From Candidatus Aceula meridiana (GTDB lineage: Bacteria > Omnitrophota > Gorgyraeia > Zapsychrales > Aceulaceae): a DNA stretch of 64,000 nt. A program made the position numbers and the translations under genes. Of this stretch, positions 28,231 to 38,721 are shown in pieces. The stretch covers positions 251,538 to 315,537 of the forward strand of contig JAVCDE010000024.1 of the NCBI GenBank assembly GCA_030765185.1, written 5' to 3'. How positions within the stretch are numbered: the stretch's first letter is position 1; each line of letters starts with the position of its first letter. Below the pieces are notes generated by a model. The model did not search any database. It was not told the origin of the DNA and saw only the letters and a list, made by a program, of their open reading frames with translations.

Positions 28231-30348
28231 TAAGATAATTCTTGCGTCCACTGCAAAGCTTCCTTCTTTATTCGTCACCAAAGGATTGATATCAATCTCT
28301 TTGACAAGCGGAGCAAGTTTTTGGACAGAATAAAGCGTCTGAATAATAGACGGTTTGTGTGCCTCGAGGCCGCGAAAGCCATCGAGAATTTTACTAGAGC
28401 GGATATCTTTAATAAGCCGACCTGCTTCCATTTTTCCAAACGGTACGATGCGAAAAGAAACGTCTTTAAAAGCTTCTACGAAAACACCACCTAACCCAAA
28501 CATCACAACCGGCCCAAATTGTGGGTCGTTGCTCATGCCGACGATGCATTCGATGCCTTTCATCATTTTAATGAGGTTGACACCTAAAATATTGGCATCA
28601 GGTACCGCGGCTGAAACATTGTTCATCATTTTCTCAAATTTCTCTCGAAGCTGCTCTTCGTTCTGAATATTTAAGGCAACACCACCAACATCTGATTTGT
28701 GAATAATTTCAGGTGAGGTAATTTTCATTGCCAGCGGATAAATATTCTTAGACTTAGCGTATTCGATGGCTTCTTCGATTGTCTTTGCAAAATGCCATGG
28801 TGGGGTCGGAACTCCGCAAAGCTCTAAAATCTTTCGGGCTTCGTGTTCCATTAAAATTGTTCTGCCAACACCTTTAATCTTTTCAATAATATCAATAACT
28901 TCTTGAGGAGCAGATTCAATTTTTGGAACATCTTTTTTACGAGTAGAAATTTCTTTCCAGAGATAAAGTGCCTTAAGTGCTGAGACCGCTTCGTTAACCT
29001 CGCCAAAGGCAGGGATATGATTATCATTTAAATAATGGAGGGCCTCTTGTGTCCTCTCGCCTCCGACCATTGCAATAACAGCCGGCTTATTGCGGTTAGA
29101 ATTCTTATATTCCTCGACTATAACCTTGGCAATATCCGTTGGATTAGTAACCGCAGTCTCGCAATAAAGAACAATGACAGATTTAATTTTATCTTCACGA
29201 AGGGCTATCTTAATAGATTCTTCGTACCCCTTGATTCCGCTTCCACCGGTAATATCAATAGGATTCTTGGTGCTGCCAAAATCCGGCATAGTCTTGCGGA
29301 ATTTTTCTTCAAGCCATGCAGCATCATCTAAAAGTTTAATACCAACAACTTCGCACTCATCTGTTGTTGCAACGCCAATACCACCGCCGTTGGTAATAAT
29401 TACGGTCTCATCTCCTTTAGGTAAAGGAAGCTCAAAAGCACGAACCCAGTCAAACGCTTGCGTAAATGAGTTGGCCCGCAAAAATCCTAATTGTTTGAAA
29501 ACACCTTCATAAATTTTATCTGACCCGGAAAGAGATCCAGTATGAGACGCAGCTGCTGTGGCTCCTCTTTTGGAAGACCCAACCTTTAAAACAACAACCG
29601 GTTTTTTAATCTCTGTTTCTAAAAATTTTCTTCCTTCGCGGATACCTTCCATGTAGATTAAAATTGCGTTCACATTTTCATCATTATTAAAATATTCAAT
29701 TAAATCCTTTTCGTCGATATCGGCCTTATTGCCAAGATTTACTAAAGACGCAAGCCCTATTTTTTCAAGCGCTGTCCATCCCATCAAAGAAATCGCCAAA
29801 GCTCCGCTTTGTGAAATAAAAGCAATTCTTCCTTGGCTAATATCCGCAGGCCCAAAACTAGCATTTAGCTTTGAGGGAGTATACACATAGCCAAACATAT
29901 TTGGCCCAAGAAGCGCGATATTATTTTTATCTGCAATTTTCTTTAATCGCTCTTCTTCGTCAATGTTTCCTACTTCTCCAAATCCAGAAGTAATAACCGC
30001 AACAGCTTTGATTCCCTTGCGCGCGCAGCCTTCTAAAGTCTGAATAACTAGAGGAGCCGGAATCGCGATAATCGCAGCATCAACCTCACCTTCAATTTCT
30101 TCAACAGTTTTATAAGCCTTCTTTCCTAAAACTTCATCATCTTTGGGATTAACAGGATAGATACCACCCTCGTATCCGCCATCAATAATATTTTTAAGGA
30201 TTTGATAACCCACTTTTCCAGGCTTTGAGGATGCGCCGACAATGGCAATGCCTTTGGGTTTGAAAACAGCGTCTAAATCTTTTTTGTGATTGTTGTCGTA
30301 ATGATTTTTCGAACCAAGGTTAATGCGAAGAAGGTCGCTAAGCGACAT
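28228..30348 (-). CDS. Acetyl-CoA synthetase (ADP-forming), fused alpha/beta (CoA-binding, CoA-ligase and ATP-grasp domains)
   Basis: GIAIVGASSKPGKVGYQILKNI CoA-binding Rossmann; succinyl-CoA-synthetase-like flavodoxin domain; C-terminal ATP-grasp; 706 aa. Confidence 0.85.
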   Translation of the reverse strand: MSLSDLLRINLGSKNHYDNNHKKDLDAVFKPKGIAIVGASSKPGKVGYQILKNIIDGGYEGGIYPVNPKDDEVLGKKAYKTVEEIEGEVDAAIIAIPAPLVIQTLEGCARKGIKAVAVITSGFGEVGNIDEEERLKKIADKNNIALLGPNMFGYVYTPSKLNASFGPADISQGRIAFISQSGALAISLMGWTALEKIGLASLVNLGNKADIDEKDLIEYFNNDENVNAILIYMEGIREGRKFLETEIKKPVVVLKVGSSKRGATAAASHTGSLSGSDKIYEGVFKQLGFLRANSFTQAFDWVRAFELPLPKGDETVIITNGGGIGVATTDECEVVGIKLLDDAAWLEEKFRKTMPDFGSTKNPIDITGGSGIKGYEESIKIALREDKIKSVIVLYCETAVTNPTDIAKVIVEEYKNSNRNKPAVIAMVGGERTQEALHYLNDNHIPAFGEVNEAVSALKALYLWKEISTRKKDVPKIESAPQEVIDIIEKIKGVGRTILMEHEARKILELCGVPTPPWHFAKTIEEAIEYAKSKNIYPLAMKITSPEIIHKSDVGGVALNIQNEEQLREKFEKMMNNVSAAVPDANILGVNLIKMMKGIECIVGMSNDPQFGPVVMFGLGGVFVEAFKDVSFRIVPFGKMEAGRLIKDIRSSKILDGFRGLEAHKPSIIQTLYSVQKLAPLVKEIDINPLVTNKEGSFAVDARIIL

Positions 30349-30516
30349 AGTGATACCTTTCTATTGTTCTATTATGATAAATATAAGACTGTTAAAGACG
30401 CGCTCATTATAGCAAATAATCTTTTTTTTGCAACGGAGTAATTTCTACAAATAGGATGCCTAGAAATTAGGCGGAAATCCCAATTTTCCGCATAGTGAAA
30501 GAATGGATCAACGAAG

Positions 30517-30540
30517 ATTTACCCCGCACCTGCGGGGTAA
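30517..30540. promoter_or_regulatory. GC-rich palindrome TTACCCCGCA-cc-TGCGGGGTAA (candidate CsoR/RcnR-type operator or REP-like hairpin)
   Basis: Perfect 9-10 bp inverted repeat in an otherwise AT-rich intergenic region, 170 bp upstream of the acs start. No U-tract on either side. Confidence 0.3.
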
Positions 30541-30591
30541 ATTCGCCCGACAAGCTTATGTTCATTTGTCGCTCCATAAGTTTGGGCTTAT

Positions 30592-32601
30592 TTAGAATTC
30601 AAAACTTGCACCTCCCACATAGTTGCGCCCGGGTGCGGGATAAAATCCCATATCTCCTGCCCCGGAAGAATAGACTCCATAAGCATCGTGTTCGCGGTCA
30701 AACACATTCTTAACGCCAAACCAAACATCAATCCCCTTCCACTTGTAATCAACCTTAAAATCAAATGTAATAAACGAGTTTAACTTAGGCTGATTATTGT
30801 TCTGATCACTTATTGCAAAACGTTTATCAATCCACGCCAAAGAAATAGTTGTCTGCAGCCCGTCGAGAGGACTTACTGTCACACCAGAAGAAATTTTATT
30901 CTTAGGGACAAACGGTACTTTGTTCCCCCCGTACTCTCCTCCTTTAAAAAAAGCATCCTGCCAGGTCCAATGAATAAAAGGTTGAAAAAGCCCATCAAAA
31001 AAATCTGTTTTTCCCTCAACCTCAAACCCCCAATGGCGCGTCTTTGGCACATAATTAGAATTCTGAAAGGTTACAGGATCAAAATAAATTTCATTCTCAA
31101 TATCCATAAAGAAAAAATTGGCACCTGTCTTAACCCATGAAAAAGAAATATCTCGAATACCAAATTCATAATTATGGCCGACTTGATGCTTAAGGCTTGT
31201 GTTCAGCCCCCCTCCGCTACCCCACACATATTGCCACTTATTTTGATAGAATTCATCCGTAGCCGGAAGCCTCAACGATCGGCTGTAATCAAAATAAATT
31301 TGAGAATTCTTATTGTATTTGTATCCAAGCCCAAAATTCATTGACCCATCGGTGATAGATTTTCTTTCTTTATTCGCTACAACAGCGATTTGGTCAAACA
31401 GATATTCTGCCCGTGTTGCCCTTCCTCCGAAATTAATGAGAAACTTATCAAAAAGCTGCATCCTCTCTAAAGCGTAAAATTCATAAGTTTGTTTTATGAT
31501 ACCTGTAAAATCTTGAGCTGAGACCTGATTGCCAGAACGTACTTTATCTTTTGCGTAAAAAAAGTCGACCCCAGCGGTAAGATTGTTATTAAATCCTTCT
31601 TCCGCGCTGCTTTCTATCTCAAACTTTGGGCGTGATTCGATGCTTTGAATCTGATGAGATGTTTCATAATTTCCAAAGCTCGAGACATTAAGGCCCTTGT
31701 TATAGCGCTTACGATAAGAATTAAACCAAGAAAATTTTGCATCACTTCCCCCTATGTCAAAATCAATCTCAGGCTCAGCATTCACAAAAACATCAGACGT
31801 CCACCCTCGGTCATTGGCATGCGTCGTCCCTGTCCGGCCAACGGTTGCAATATCCGAGGCAAAGAGTGCACCCGGCTGACCATACTTGTCGCGATGGTAT
31901 CCAGAGGAAAAATTCAACGCAAAGCTGTCCGTTAAGCTTGTCGATAAATTTCCAAAATAATCATTAGCCCAGTAGTCTCCATTAGAACGATAACCGGATG
32001 TCTGCTCATGAGCATAACTCAAGAAATAATCCATATTCTTAAACGTTGAGCCATTGGAAATCATTTCCTTGTGATATTGATAACTTCCGACTTCTGTCCG
32101 TATTTTTGTGGGCGCGCTAGCATCACGATGCCCTTTTTTTGTGATGATGTTAATAACCCCGGCAGAAGCGTTGTCTCCATAAAGAACTGTTGATGCCCCT
32201 CTTAAAATTTCAACACGCTCAACAGAATCTAAACTTATTTGACCCCAATCTACACCGGATAGATCAACCTGATTGGTTCTTCTTCCATCCACTAAAACAA
32301 GAATATTGGCGTTACTAGTCTCACCAAATCCGCGAATATCAACACTAATACCTTTTGGATTATTTAATTGGTTATTAACAACAATCCCGCTGCGCGTATT
32401 AATAAGTTCCGGGATAGATGTTGCGCTCGATTTCTCAATATCATCAGAAGTAATAATACTCACGCCCTTGCTGATATCAGAAGCCAGAAGACTCGTGCGA
32501 CTCGTTAAGACATTGATAGTTCCTAAGTCTAAAAGCTCTTCAGCATGGACCGGCAAAGATATAAAAAATAAAAATCCAATGACGACAAAAACTCTTTTCA
32601 C
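30592..32601 (-). CDS. btuB: TonB-dependent outer-membrane receptor (BtuB-like, given the cobalamin riboswitch leader); GTG start
   Basis: Signal peptide; plug domain; C-terminal GGASFEF ending in Phe; 669 aa. The reverse complement at the start reads AGGAGGaaaaaGTG. Confidence 0.8.
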   Translation of the reverse strand: MKRVFVVIGFLFFISLPVHAEELLDLGTINVLTSRTSLLASDISKGVSIITSDDIEKSSATSIPELINTRSGIVVNNQLNNPKGISVDIRGFGETSNANILVLVDGRRTNQVDLSGVDWGQISLDSVERVEILRGASTVLYGDNASAGVINIITKKGHRDASAPTKIRTEVGSYQYHKEMISNGSTFKNMDYFLSYAHEQTSGYRSNGDYWANDYFGNLSTSLTDSFALNFSSGYHRDKYGQPGALFASDIATVGRTGTTHANDRGWTSDVFVNAEPEIDFDIGGSDAKFSWFNSYRKRYNKGLNVSSFGNYETSHQIQSIESRPKFEIESSAEEGFNNNLTAGVDFFYAKDKVRSGNQVSAQDFTGIIKQTYEFYALERMQLFDKFLINFGGRATRAEYLFDQIAVVANKERKSITDGSMNFGLGYKYNKNSQIYFDYSRSLRLPATDEFYQNKWQYVWGSGGGLNTSLKHQVGHNYEFGIRDISFSWVKTGANFFFMDIENEIYFDPVTFQNSNYVPKTRHWGFEVEGKTDFFDGLFQPFIHWTWQDAFFKGGEYGGNKVPFVPKNKISSGVTVSPLDGLQTTISLAWIDKRFAISDQNNNQPKLNSFITFDFKVDYKWKGIDVWFGVKNVFDREHDAYGVYSSGAGDMGFYPAPGRNYVGGASFEF

Positions 32602-32611
32602 TTTTTCCTCC

Positions 32612-32848
32612 TAAAATAAATGCCCTCCCGGCCGCATACTTCGCAGCTGGGAGGGCATCCTCGTTATAACTCTCAACTTTATATATTCTCTGCATTGTCC
32701 TTACGCAATACAGTTGAATAAAATTTAATTCTTAGGATAAGGCATTCTGGCTCTTTTGATTTTTCAACCAAAATTACAGCAGCGGGACTGCTTCGGAATC
32801 TCACCGAATTTCCCTTATTAAGACCTAATAAATAGGCCACCTAAAAGT
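32612..32848 (-). ncRNA. Cobalamin (B12) riboswitch with terminator-type expression platform
   Basis: The minus-strand RNA contains GGUGGCC...AAUAAGGGAAAUUCGGUGAGAUUCCGAAGCAGUCCCGCUGCUGUAA, matching the consensus AAnAGGGAA..GGUGnnAnUCC..GCnGnCCCGCnACUGUAA. A B12-box-like GAGCCAGAAUGCC follows. A terminator hairpin GCCCUCCC...GGGAGGGC followed by AUUUAUUUU sits just 5' of the RBS. Confidence 0.65.
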
Positions 32849-32850
32849 CT

Positions 32851-33420
32851 CTAAAGAACAAACGCCAAGCGTGTATTTTTAACGCGCGCAGCAATAATTT
32901 CATAAACTCCAAAAAGTGCAACGCTATAAACCAATGTGCTTGCCAGCGTAGAACGGAAAAATGGAATAGCCATCATATAGCAAGTGGTAAGGCCTTCAAA
33001 AGTTGGCGGATAATACCCGGCGAGCCAAAATCCAAAATTGGTCACAATAAAAAACACAACAGCAGAAACCAAACTTGTGCCTGCTATGCCAAGCCAATTC
33101 TTGTTCTTACGCAGCTTAAGCCCTAGCACTGATACCAAAATAAGGCTTCCCCAAGTAAAAAGCATCATAGAGTGTATCCCTAAAATAATATCTGTTACCA
33201 CCATCAAAAAAATAGGAAGTAAAAGAGCGTATTTTTTATCAAGATAAACACCGCCAAACAAAATAAGCGCAATGACAGGGGTAAAATTTGGCACATGTGC
33301 GATTACTCTCGCAAAAAAACCAAGAAGCAACAAAAATAAAACTAACATATTATCTCCCTTTTTTAATTTTGTACTGATTATAGTGTCATCTAAAGATAAT
33401 CGCAACAAAAAAATGCCCAA
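32851..33420 (-). CDS. Polytopic small membrane protein (5 TM), function unknown
   Basis: Hydrophobic profile; likely start at MLVLFLLLLGFF. Last gene of the HK-REC operon; its stop abuts the riboswitch 5' end. Confidence 0.5.
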   Translation of the reverse strand: MGIFLLRLSLDDTIISTKLKKGDNMLVLFLLLLGFFARVIAHVPNFTPVIALILFGGVYLDKKYALLLPIFLMVVTDIILGIHSMMLFTWGSLILVSVLGLKLRKNKNWLGIAGTSLVSAVVFFIVTNFGFWLAGYYPPTFEGLTTCYMMAIPFFRSTLASTLVYSVALFGVYEIIAARVKNTRLAFVL

Positions 33421-33426
33421 ACTCTT

Positions 33427-33807
33427 TTAAGCCGGCACCAACCACTCAATCTCATTTAAAAGTTTTTCAATAGAAAAAGGTTTTGTGATGTATCTCTCAG
33501 CTCCGACAACTTTTCCAATCAAGCGGTCAGCATCTTCCTGCACGGCCGTCAACATCAGAATCGGAGTCTCAAGATCATTATTTTCTCGTCTAATTTTTTT
33601 ACAAACAGCAAATCCGTTTAATTTTGGCATCTTCAAATCTAAAATAATTAAACTCGGCTTGCCCTTAAGGTATTTTTCGTAACCAGATTCTCCATCAAAC
33701 GCAAAATCAATTTCATATCCGGCACTCTCCAGTTCGCCTTTTAACAGAACGACAAGGTCTTCTTCATCATCGATAATTAATATTTTTTTCTTTAGGCTCT
33801 CGGTCAC
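33427..33807 (-). CDS. Single-domain response regulator (REC only)
   Basis: ILIIDDEEDLV...SLIILDLKMPKLNGF..., CheY-like; 126 aa. Confidence 0.9.
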   Translation of the reverse strand: MTESLKKKILIIDDEEDLVVLLKGELESAGYEIDFAFDGESGYEKYLKGKPSLIILDLKMPKLNGFAVCKKIRRENNDLETPILMLTAVQEDADRLIGKVVGAERYITKPFSIEKLLNEIEWLVPA

Positions 33808-33821
33808 TTTTATGTCCTTTC

Positions 33822-36632
33822 TTAAGATTTTATAGGAAAGGTTACTGTAAATTTTGTCCCCTTGCCTACTTCACTCTCAACTTTTATATCCGCGCTATGT
33901 CGCTGCAAAACCATATAAGAAATACTTAACCCCAAACCGGTTCCCTTTCCTTCTTCTTTAGTTGTAAAAAATGGCTCAAAAATTCTTGAAGCGACATCCG
34001 GAGGCATGCCTTCGCCATTATCTTCAACTTCAATGATAAGCTTCTCTTGAAATGTTTTTTCATCTATTTTTTTATTCGCCCTAATAGTAATTGTTCCTCT
34101 TCTTTTAATGGCATCTGCCGCATTTGCAAACAAATTGAAAAAAACCTGCTCCATTAAAATTTTATCTGCCATAACTTCAACTGTCTGACTCGGATATTCT
34201 TTTTTAAAAACAATTTTTTGTGTTGAAAAAGCTGTCTTGGCGAAAGAAACCGAATCATCTAAAATCTCTTGAATAGAAACATGACCTAGTCGAACTTCCG
34301 TATCGCGCGAAAGACTCAAAAGATCCGTAATAACTCTATTAGCTCGCTCAGCCGCATTTCGAATCATGCCGAGATGCTCTTTTTCTTGCTTATCAAGCCC
34401 AGAAACTTTTTTCAACAAAACATTAGCCCCTAAAAGAATAATCGCTAAAGGATTCTTAACTTCATGGGCAACACCTGCGGAAAACTGACCAACAGCAACC
34501 ATCTTCTCAGATTGGAGAAGCTGATCTTGTGTTCCTCGAAGCTCTTTATTGATAGCTTGAAGGTCTAAATACATTTTTTCCAATTGTTGCTCAGCCTCTT
34601 TACGCCTAGAAATATCTGTCCCGATGCAAAGAATCTCTTCTTGTCCCTGCTTATTAATAATTCGTCGATTGGTCCAGGCAATCCAAACTCTTTTTTCGTC
34701 TCTCCGAATATTTTGATTTTCATTCAAAGAATGTTCCTCCGGCTCCATGCAAATCGCCTCTATAATTTCTTTCAAATTTCTTCCACCGTCTTCTTTTAAA
34801 GGGACAATCGTTCCTACAACATTTTTTCCAAGAATTTCTTTCTCGCTAAACCCAAAGAAATGCTGAGCATATTCATTAAAAAAGGTAACATTTCCTTCCT
34901 TGCTCATTCGCAAAATAATACTGTTTGCGTTTTGAACAAGCTCTCGATATTTTTCTTCACTTGTGCGTAAGTCTTCTTCAACTTTAATACGCTCAATAAC
35001 ACCTCCAAAGCTAGATGTAATAACCTCAACAGCGTGCCGAGTTCTTAAAGGCGTGTCTTGGTGCATGTGCGATGCAAGATTTAGGACAGCAACGACCTTG
35101 CCTCTATCGTGGATTGGAACAACAGCCATTGCACGCAAACCTTCTCTTTGGCGAGCTAAATTTATCTCTAGACTAATCTCAGTATGAGACTTATAGAGTG
35201 GCCTTCCCTCAAAAACAAGCTTAGCCTGCGGAGATTGAAAGTCATATTGAACACTCGTCTTAACAAATTCTAAATCAAGGCCTCGGTGAGCCACTAAAAC
35301 CAAAGCTTGCTTCTGCTCATCAACGATGTAAACCCCTCCGGAATCAAAACCTTCAATCTTTAGAGCTGCATCTAAAAGATGCGCAACAGCTTCTTTTAAA
35401 TCATGTGTTGAAGAAAGAGCAATCCCTAAATCTTTCTGAATAGTCATAACCTTTTCAGAGCGTCTTCTTTCCGTGACGTCTTCTCCAGAGCTCAAAACCC
35501 CAACCACCTTGCCTTCCTTGTCTTTTAGAAGGCAATTGTTCCATAAAATAACTCTCTCTTCTTGTTTTTTTGTTACAATCGGATTTTCATGATATCTTAA
35601 AAGCTCTGTTTCCCCGGTCATCAAGCGACCATGAACCTCCCTTACTTGGTTAACAGACTTATGAGGCAAAAAACGACTAAACCAATTTTTTCCAATAATC
35701 TCGTCTTTCGAATATCCTAGAATTTCACACCCACGTTCATTGATAAGAATAACATCACCCTTAGTATCTAATGCCATCATCATAATCCCGGCGACATCCA
35801 AATACTGCTGCGCCCTATTTTTTTCTTGACGCAAATCTTCTTCAATCTTTTTGCGACGATCAATCTCATTATTTAAATCATCACGAGAAGCTGTAATCTT
35901 TTTTAGATTTGATGCCATCACATTAAACGCAGAAGCCAAATCTCCTATTTCATCATGAGTTCCTAAATCAATCTGATAATCCAAATTCCCCTTGCCGATA
36001 AGTGAAACACCTTCGGTAAGTTTTTGAATAGGGCCTAAAATTCCAAAACTAAAAAACCAATAAACCAAAAAACTTGCAACGGCTGCTACGACGAGGGCTA
36101 AGACGATATAGAAATTGCGAAGGCGCAAAACTTCATCATAAATAATTCTAGAATCAACCCCGATACGCAGATAACCGGCAATGTCGCTATTTGACCCAAA
36201 AAGAGGAACAGAATAATCATAAACAACACCCGTCCCTTTAAGAAAATAACGCTGAGAAAAAGGCTTAGAAGAATTTAAGACATTTTGTGTAACAGAATCT
36301 GTGTACGTCTTAAGCCGCTGCTGAAGGTCGTTATGATAAAAAACCTTTCCTGCCTTATCAGTAATAAAGCAATAACGCCCATAAGGGATTGAAACGACCA
36401 TCTTCTTACATTCCTGACTTAAGCCTCTGAGCTCTCCAATATTAAGCCCGAGCTCGGTCACGTCTTCAATCAGTACTTTTAGCCCATCGGCCTGGGCAAA
36501 AATTCTTTCCCCAACAGTCTTTTCATAAGAGTGGACAAAATGATGAAAGGCAATAAGCGTTCCGACAGAGCACGCCGTCAAAACAACAACGATTGTAATG
36601 AGGATAAATTTTGTTTGAATTTTAAGGCGCAT
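33822..36632 (-). CDS. Sensor histidine kinase (periplasmic Cache-like sensor, HAMP, PAS/GAF/PAS, HisKA, HATPase_c)
   Basis: Two TM helices flank a 150-aa periplasmic domain. H-box [15 protein letters not shown]; G-boxes DNGEGMPP and [10 protein letters not shown]; 936 aa. Confidence 0.9.
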   Translation of the reverse strand: MRLKIQTKFILITIVVVLTACSVGTLIAFHHFVHSYEKTVGERIFAQADGLKVLIEDVTELGLNIGELRGLSQECKKMVVSIPYGRYCFITDKAGKVFYHNDLQQRLKTYTDSVTQNVLNSSKPFSQRYFLKGTGVVYDYSVPLFGSNSDIAGYLRIGVDSRIIYDEVLRLRNFYIVLALVVAAVASFLVYWFFSFGILGPIQKLTEGVSLIGKGNLDYQIDLGTHDEIGDLASAFNVMASNLKKITASRDDLNNEIDRRKKIEEDLRQEKNRAQQYLDVAGIMMMALDTKGDVILINERGCEILGYSKDEIIGKNWFSRFLPHKSVNQVREVHGRLMTGETELLRYHENPIVTKKQEERVILWNNCLLKDKEGKVVGVLSSGEDVTERRRSEKVMTIQKDLGIALSSTHDLKEAVAHLLDAALKIEGFDSGGVYIVDEQKQALVLVAHRGLDLEFVKTSVQYDFQSPQAKLVFEGRPLYKSHTEISLEINLARQREGLRAMAVVPIHDRGKVVAVLNLASHMHQDTPLRTRHAVEVITSSFGGVIERIKVEEDLRTSEEKYRELVQNANSIILRMSKEGNVTFFNEYAQHFFGFSEKEILGKNVVGTIVPLKEDGGRNLKEIIEAICMEPEEHSLNENQNIRRDEKRVWIAWTNRRIINKQGQEEILCIGTDISRRKEAEQQLEKMYLDLQAINKELRGTQDQLLQSEKMVAVGQFSAGVAHEVKNPLAIILLGANVLLKKVSGLDKQEKEHLGMIRNAAERANRVITDLLSLSRDTEVRLGHVSIQEILDDSVSFAKTAFSTQKIVFKKEYPSQTVEVMADKILMEQVFFNLFANAADAIKRRGTITIRANKKIDEKTFQEKLIIEVEDNGEGMPPDVASRIFEPFFTTKEEGKGTGLGLSISYMVLQRHSADIKVESEVGKGTKFTVTFPIKS

Positions 36633-36708
36633 ATTCCTTGATCCTTAAAAGGATAAATGAGAGCTTGCCCTCATTTGACCCCTTACGGGGTAATAAGGAG
36701 CCAGCTCC

Positions 36709-37701
36709 TTATTTTATAATTCGGCTTGCTGTTCGCAAAACCTGGATAGGAATTGTTATTCCCATCTTATGAGCCGCGTTAAGATTAATGACCAATAAAT
36801 ATTTTTGATCTACTGTTATAGGCATATGACCCGGGGGTACACTAGATTTTAAAATTTTATAGGCCTTTTCCCCTGCCATTGCCCCGATATTCTTGAAATC
36901 CATCCCAAGCGAAATTAACGCTCCAGCAGAAAGAAGATGGGTTAAAGATGTATACGTGGGGATGCTGGACCTAAGACCAATATCAACCATGCCCTTGCCA
37001 TAACGCGCTAAGGAAGTATCTTGGAGCGCGATAAGAACCTCTACTTTATCAACAATTTTCTTTGTGGCCTGTGCAACTTCATGCTCGCTTCGGCAATCTG
37101 GAGAAACAGAAGCTGTCAGAATATTTAAATTAAGTTCTTTGGCAGCAGCTTGAAAATCTTGAAGTTGGATTTCAGCGTTCGGCTCATCCCTAGTGTAAAC
37201 AATGCCCAGCGTTCTAACAAAAGGAAAAATCTTTAAAATCGTTTTAAGCTGTGCGTAAGCCGGAACCTCGCAATGAGTTCCGGTAACATTTTCCTCTCTT
37301 CTTGCGAGACTCTTAACAACTCCGGCTTTGACAGGAGCAGCTACGGCGCTGAAAACAATAGGCACTTTTGAAGAATATTGAATGGCGGGTATTGTACTGC
37401 GCGTTCCTGTTGTAAAAATAAGGTCCACTTTATCTTCCTCGACAAAACGCTTGAGGCCTTTTTGATACGACTCAAGATCTCCGTAAGCATCTAAAAGTTT
37501 AAAATGAACATGAAAATCCATTTTTTCCTCTAAGACACTTACAAAAGCTGTTCGCGCTGCGTGATAATCAGCATTATCCTTTAAAACGGCAAGGCCTACA
37601 GTAAGCTCAGGAGAAGCTTCTCCTGTGGGGTGTGAAAAACTTTGAGGAGCCACTAAGGCAAGCAAAAGATTGATACTAATAAAAATATTAAATAGTTTCA
37701 T
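36709..37701 (-). CDS. Periplasmic substrate-binding protein (COG2984-type ABC periplasmic component, often paired with sensor kinases)
   Basis: Signal peptide; type-I periplasmic binding fold; 330 aa; immediately upstream of the HK gene. Confidence 0.65.
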   Translation of the reverse strand: MKLFNIFISINLLLALVAPQSFSHPTGEASPELTVGLAVLKDNADYHAARTAFVSVLEEKMDFHVHFKLLDAYGDLESYQKGLKRFVEEDKVDLIFTTGTRSTIPAIQYSSKVPIVFSAVAAPVKAGVVKSLARREENVTGTHCEVPAYAQLKTILKIFPFVRTLGIVYTRDEPNAEIQLQDFQAAAKELNLNILTASVSPDCRSEHEVAQATKKIVDKVEVLIALQDTSLARYGKGMVDIGLRSSIPTYTSLTHLLSAGALISLGMDFKNIGAMAGEKAYKILKSSVPPGHMPITVDQKYLLVINLNAAHKMGITIPIQVLRTASRIIK

Positions 37702-37816
37702 TTTTTTAATGAATAGATTGAAGTTAGAATAATTTATTATACCGCAAAATAAAAAAGGAGAGGATTATTTTTTAGAGAGATAAGACAGCATCTCTCTTGA
37801 GAGTAATAGAAGAATT

Positions 37817-38716
37817 TTATGTTTCTTTGAACATTCCTTTAACAAAGCCTTCTGCGCGTTGAAATAGCTGAGTTTCTCCATCGTAAAGAAGAACAGAAAT
37901 ATCTTTACCGACAATGCTATTTTTAATTTTACGCAATTCATTGCCGCCATAAACGGCAATAGGAATACCTCTTAAACGCGACATCCCCTGCAATAGATCA
38001 ATAAGTTGATTCGCCGGCATGCCGCAAAAAACATTTTTAATTAAAATAAGGTCAGGAAGATACCCTACCGCTTCTTCAAGGCATTTTGACGGAGTCAACG
38101 TAATCCGCGTAAAACAATTAATTTTAAAAAATATCTGCTGCAATTTGTTGTGAATGCGGGGATCGTCCTCACCTAAAAGAATCTTCCAAGTCCTTTTTAT
38201 CTTTTCAGCTTCAATGCTTGGAACAGTAGCCCCACCGCCTGAAGCATGAACCATATCAGAGTTTAAGACCCCTTCTGCCTGTGAAGAAATTTTAATCTTT
38301 GGCCTTAATGGTGCTCCCGGTTTTGCCTCTTTTTTTGCTTCATCGGAATTACAAGGCGCTAAAACTTTCTCTATTTTTGCGATGAGCTCCGCCATTTTAA
38401 AAGGTTTTTCGATAAAACCATCCACCTCAACCATTTCAAAGTAATCTTTCATATTGGCGTGTGCCGTTACAACGATAAAAGGAATATTTTTTCCAAAAGC
38501 CGATGACCGTAACAACTTTAAAAGATCATTGCCGCTTTGCCCCGGCATCACAACATCAGAAACAACGATATCCGGCATTTCATCATGCGCCATTACAAAA
38601 GCCCCTTCTCCGCTTGAGGCCTGGCACACTTCAAACCCATGTTTTTCCAATGCCGCAGCAACTATCTCTCTTAAGCTCGTTTCATCTTCGGCTAAAAGAA
38701 TCTTTTTCTTTTCCAT
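37817..38716 (-). CDS. Response regulator with tandem receiver domains (second degenerate), no output domain
   Basis: REC1 ILLAEDETSLREIV...DIVVSDVVMPGQSG; REC2 ILLGEDDPRIH...PDLILIKNVFCGMPANQ. Confidence 0.8.
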   Translation of the reverse strand: MEKKKILLAEDETSLREIVAAALEKHGFEVCQASSGEGAFVMAHDEMPDIVVSDVVMPGQSGNDLLKLLRSSAFGKNIPFIVVTAHANMKDYFEMVEVDGFIEKPFKMAELIAKIEKVLAPCNSDEAKKEAKPGAPLRPKIKISSQAEGVLNSDMVHASGGGATVPSIEAEKIKRTWKILLGEDDPRIHNKLQQIFFKINCFTRITLTPSKCLEEAVGYLPDLILIKNVFCGMPANQLIDLLQGMSRLRGIPIAVYGGNELRKIKNSIVGKDISVLLYDGETQLFQRAEGFVKGMFKET

Positions 38717-38721
38717 ATGAT

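Noticed and set aside
30361-30380. Third possible Rex site (TTGTTCTATTATGATAAA) upstream of acs
   Set aside because: Only the left half matches and the right half is 3-4/7. I do not report it as an operator.
30495-30713. 72-aa plus-strand ORF overlapping the 3' end of the TonB receptor gene
   Set aside because: It overlaps a strongly supported gene on the opposite strand and contains the GC palindrome, so it is likely non-coding.
37775-37800. Inverted repeat AGAGAGAT...ATCTCTCT after the tandem-REC gene as a possible terminator
   Set aside because: The flanking T-tract is on the wrong side for the minus-strand transcript and there is no T-tract for the plus strand, so it is not a canonical intrinsic terminator.
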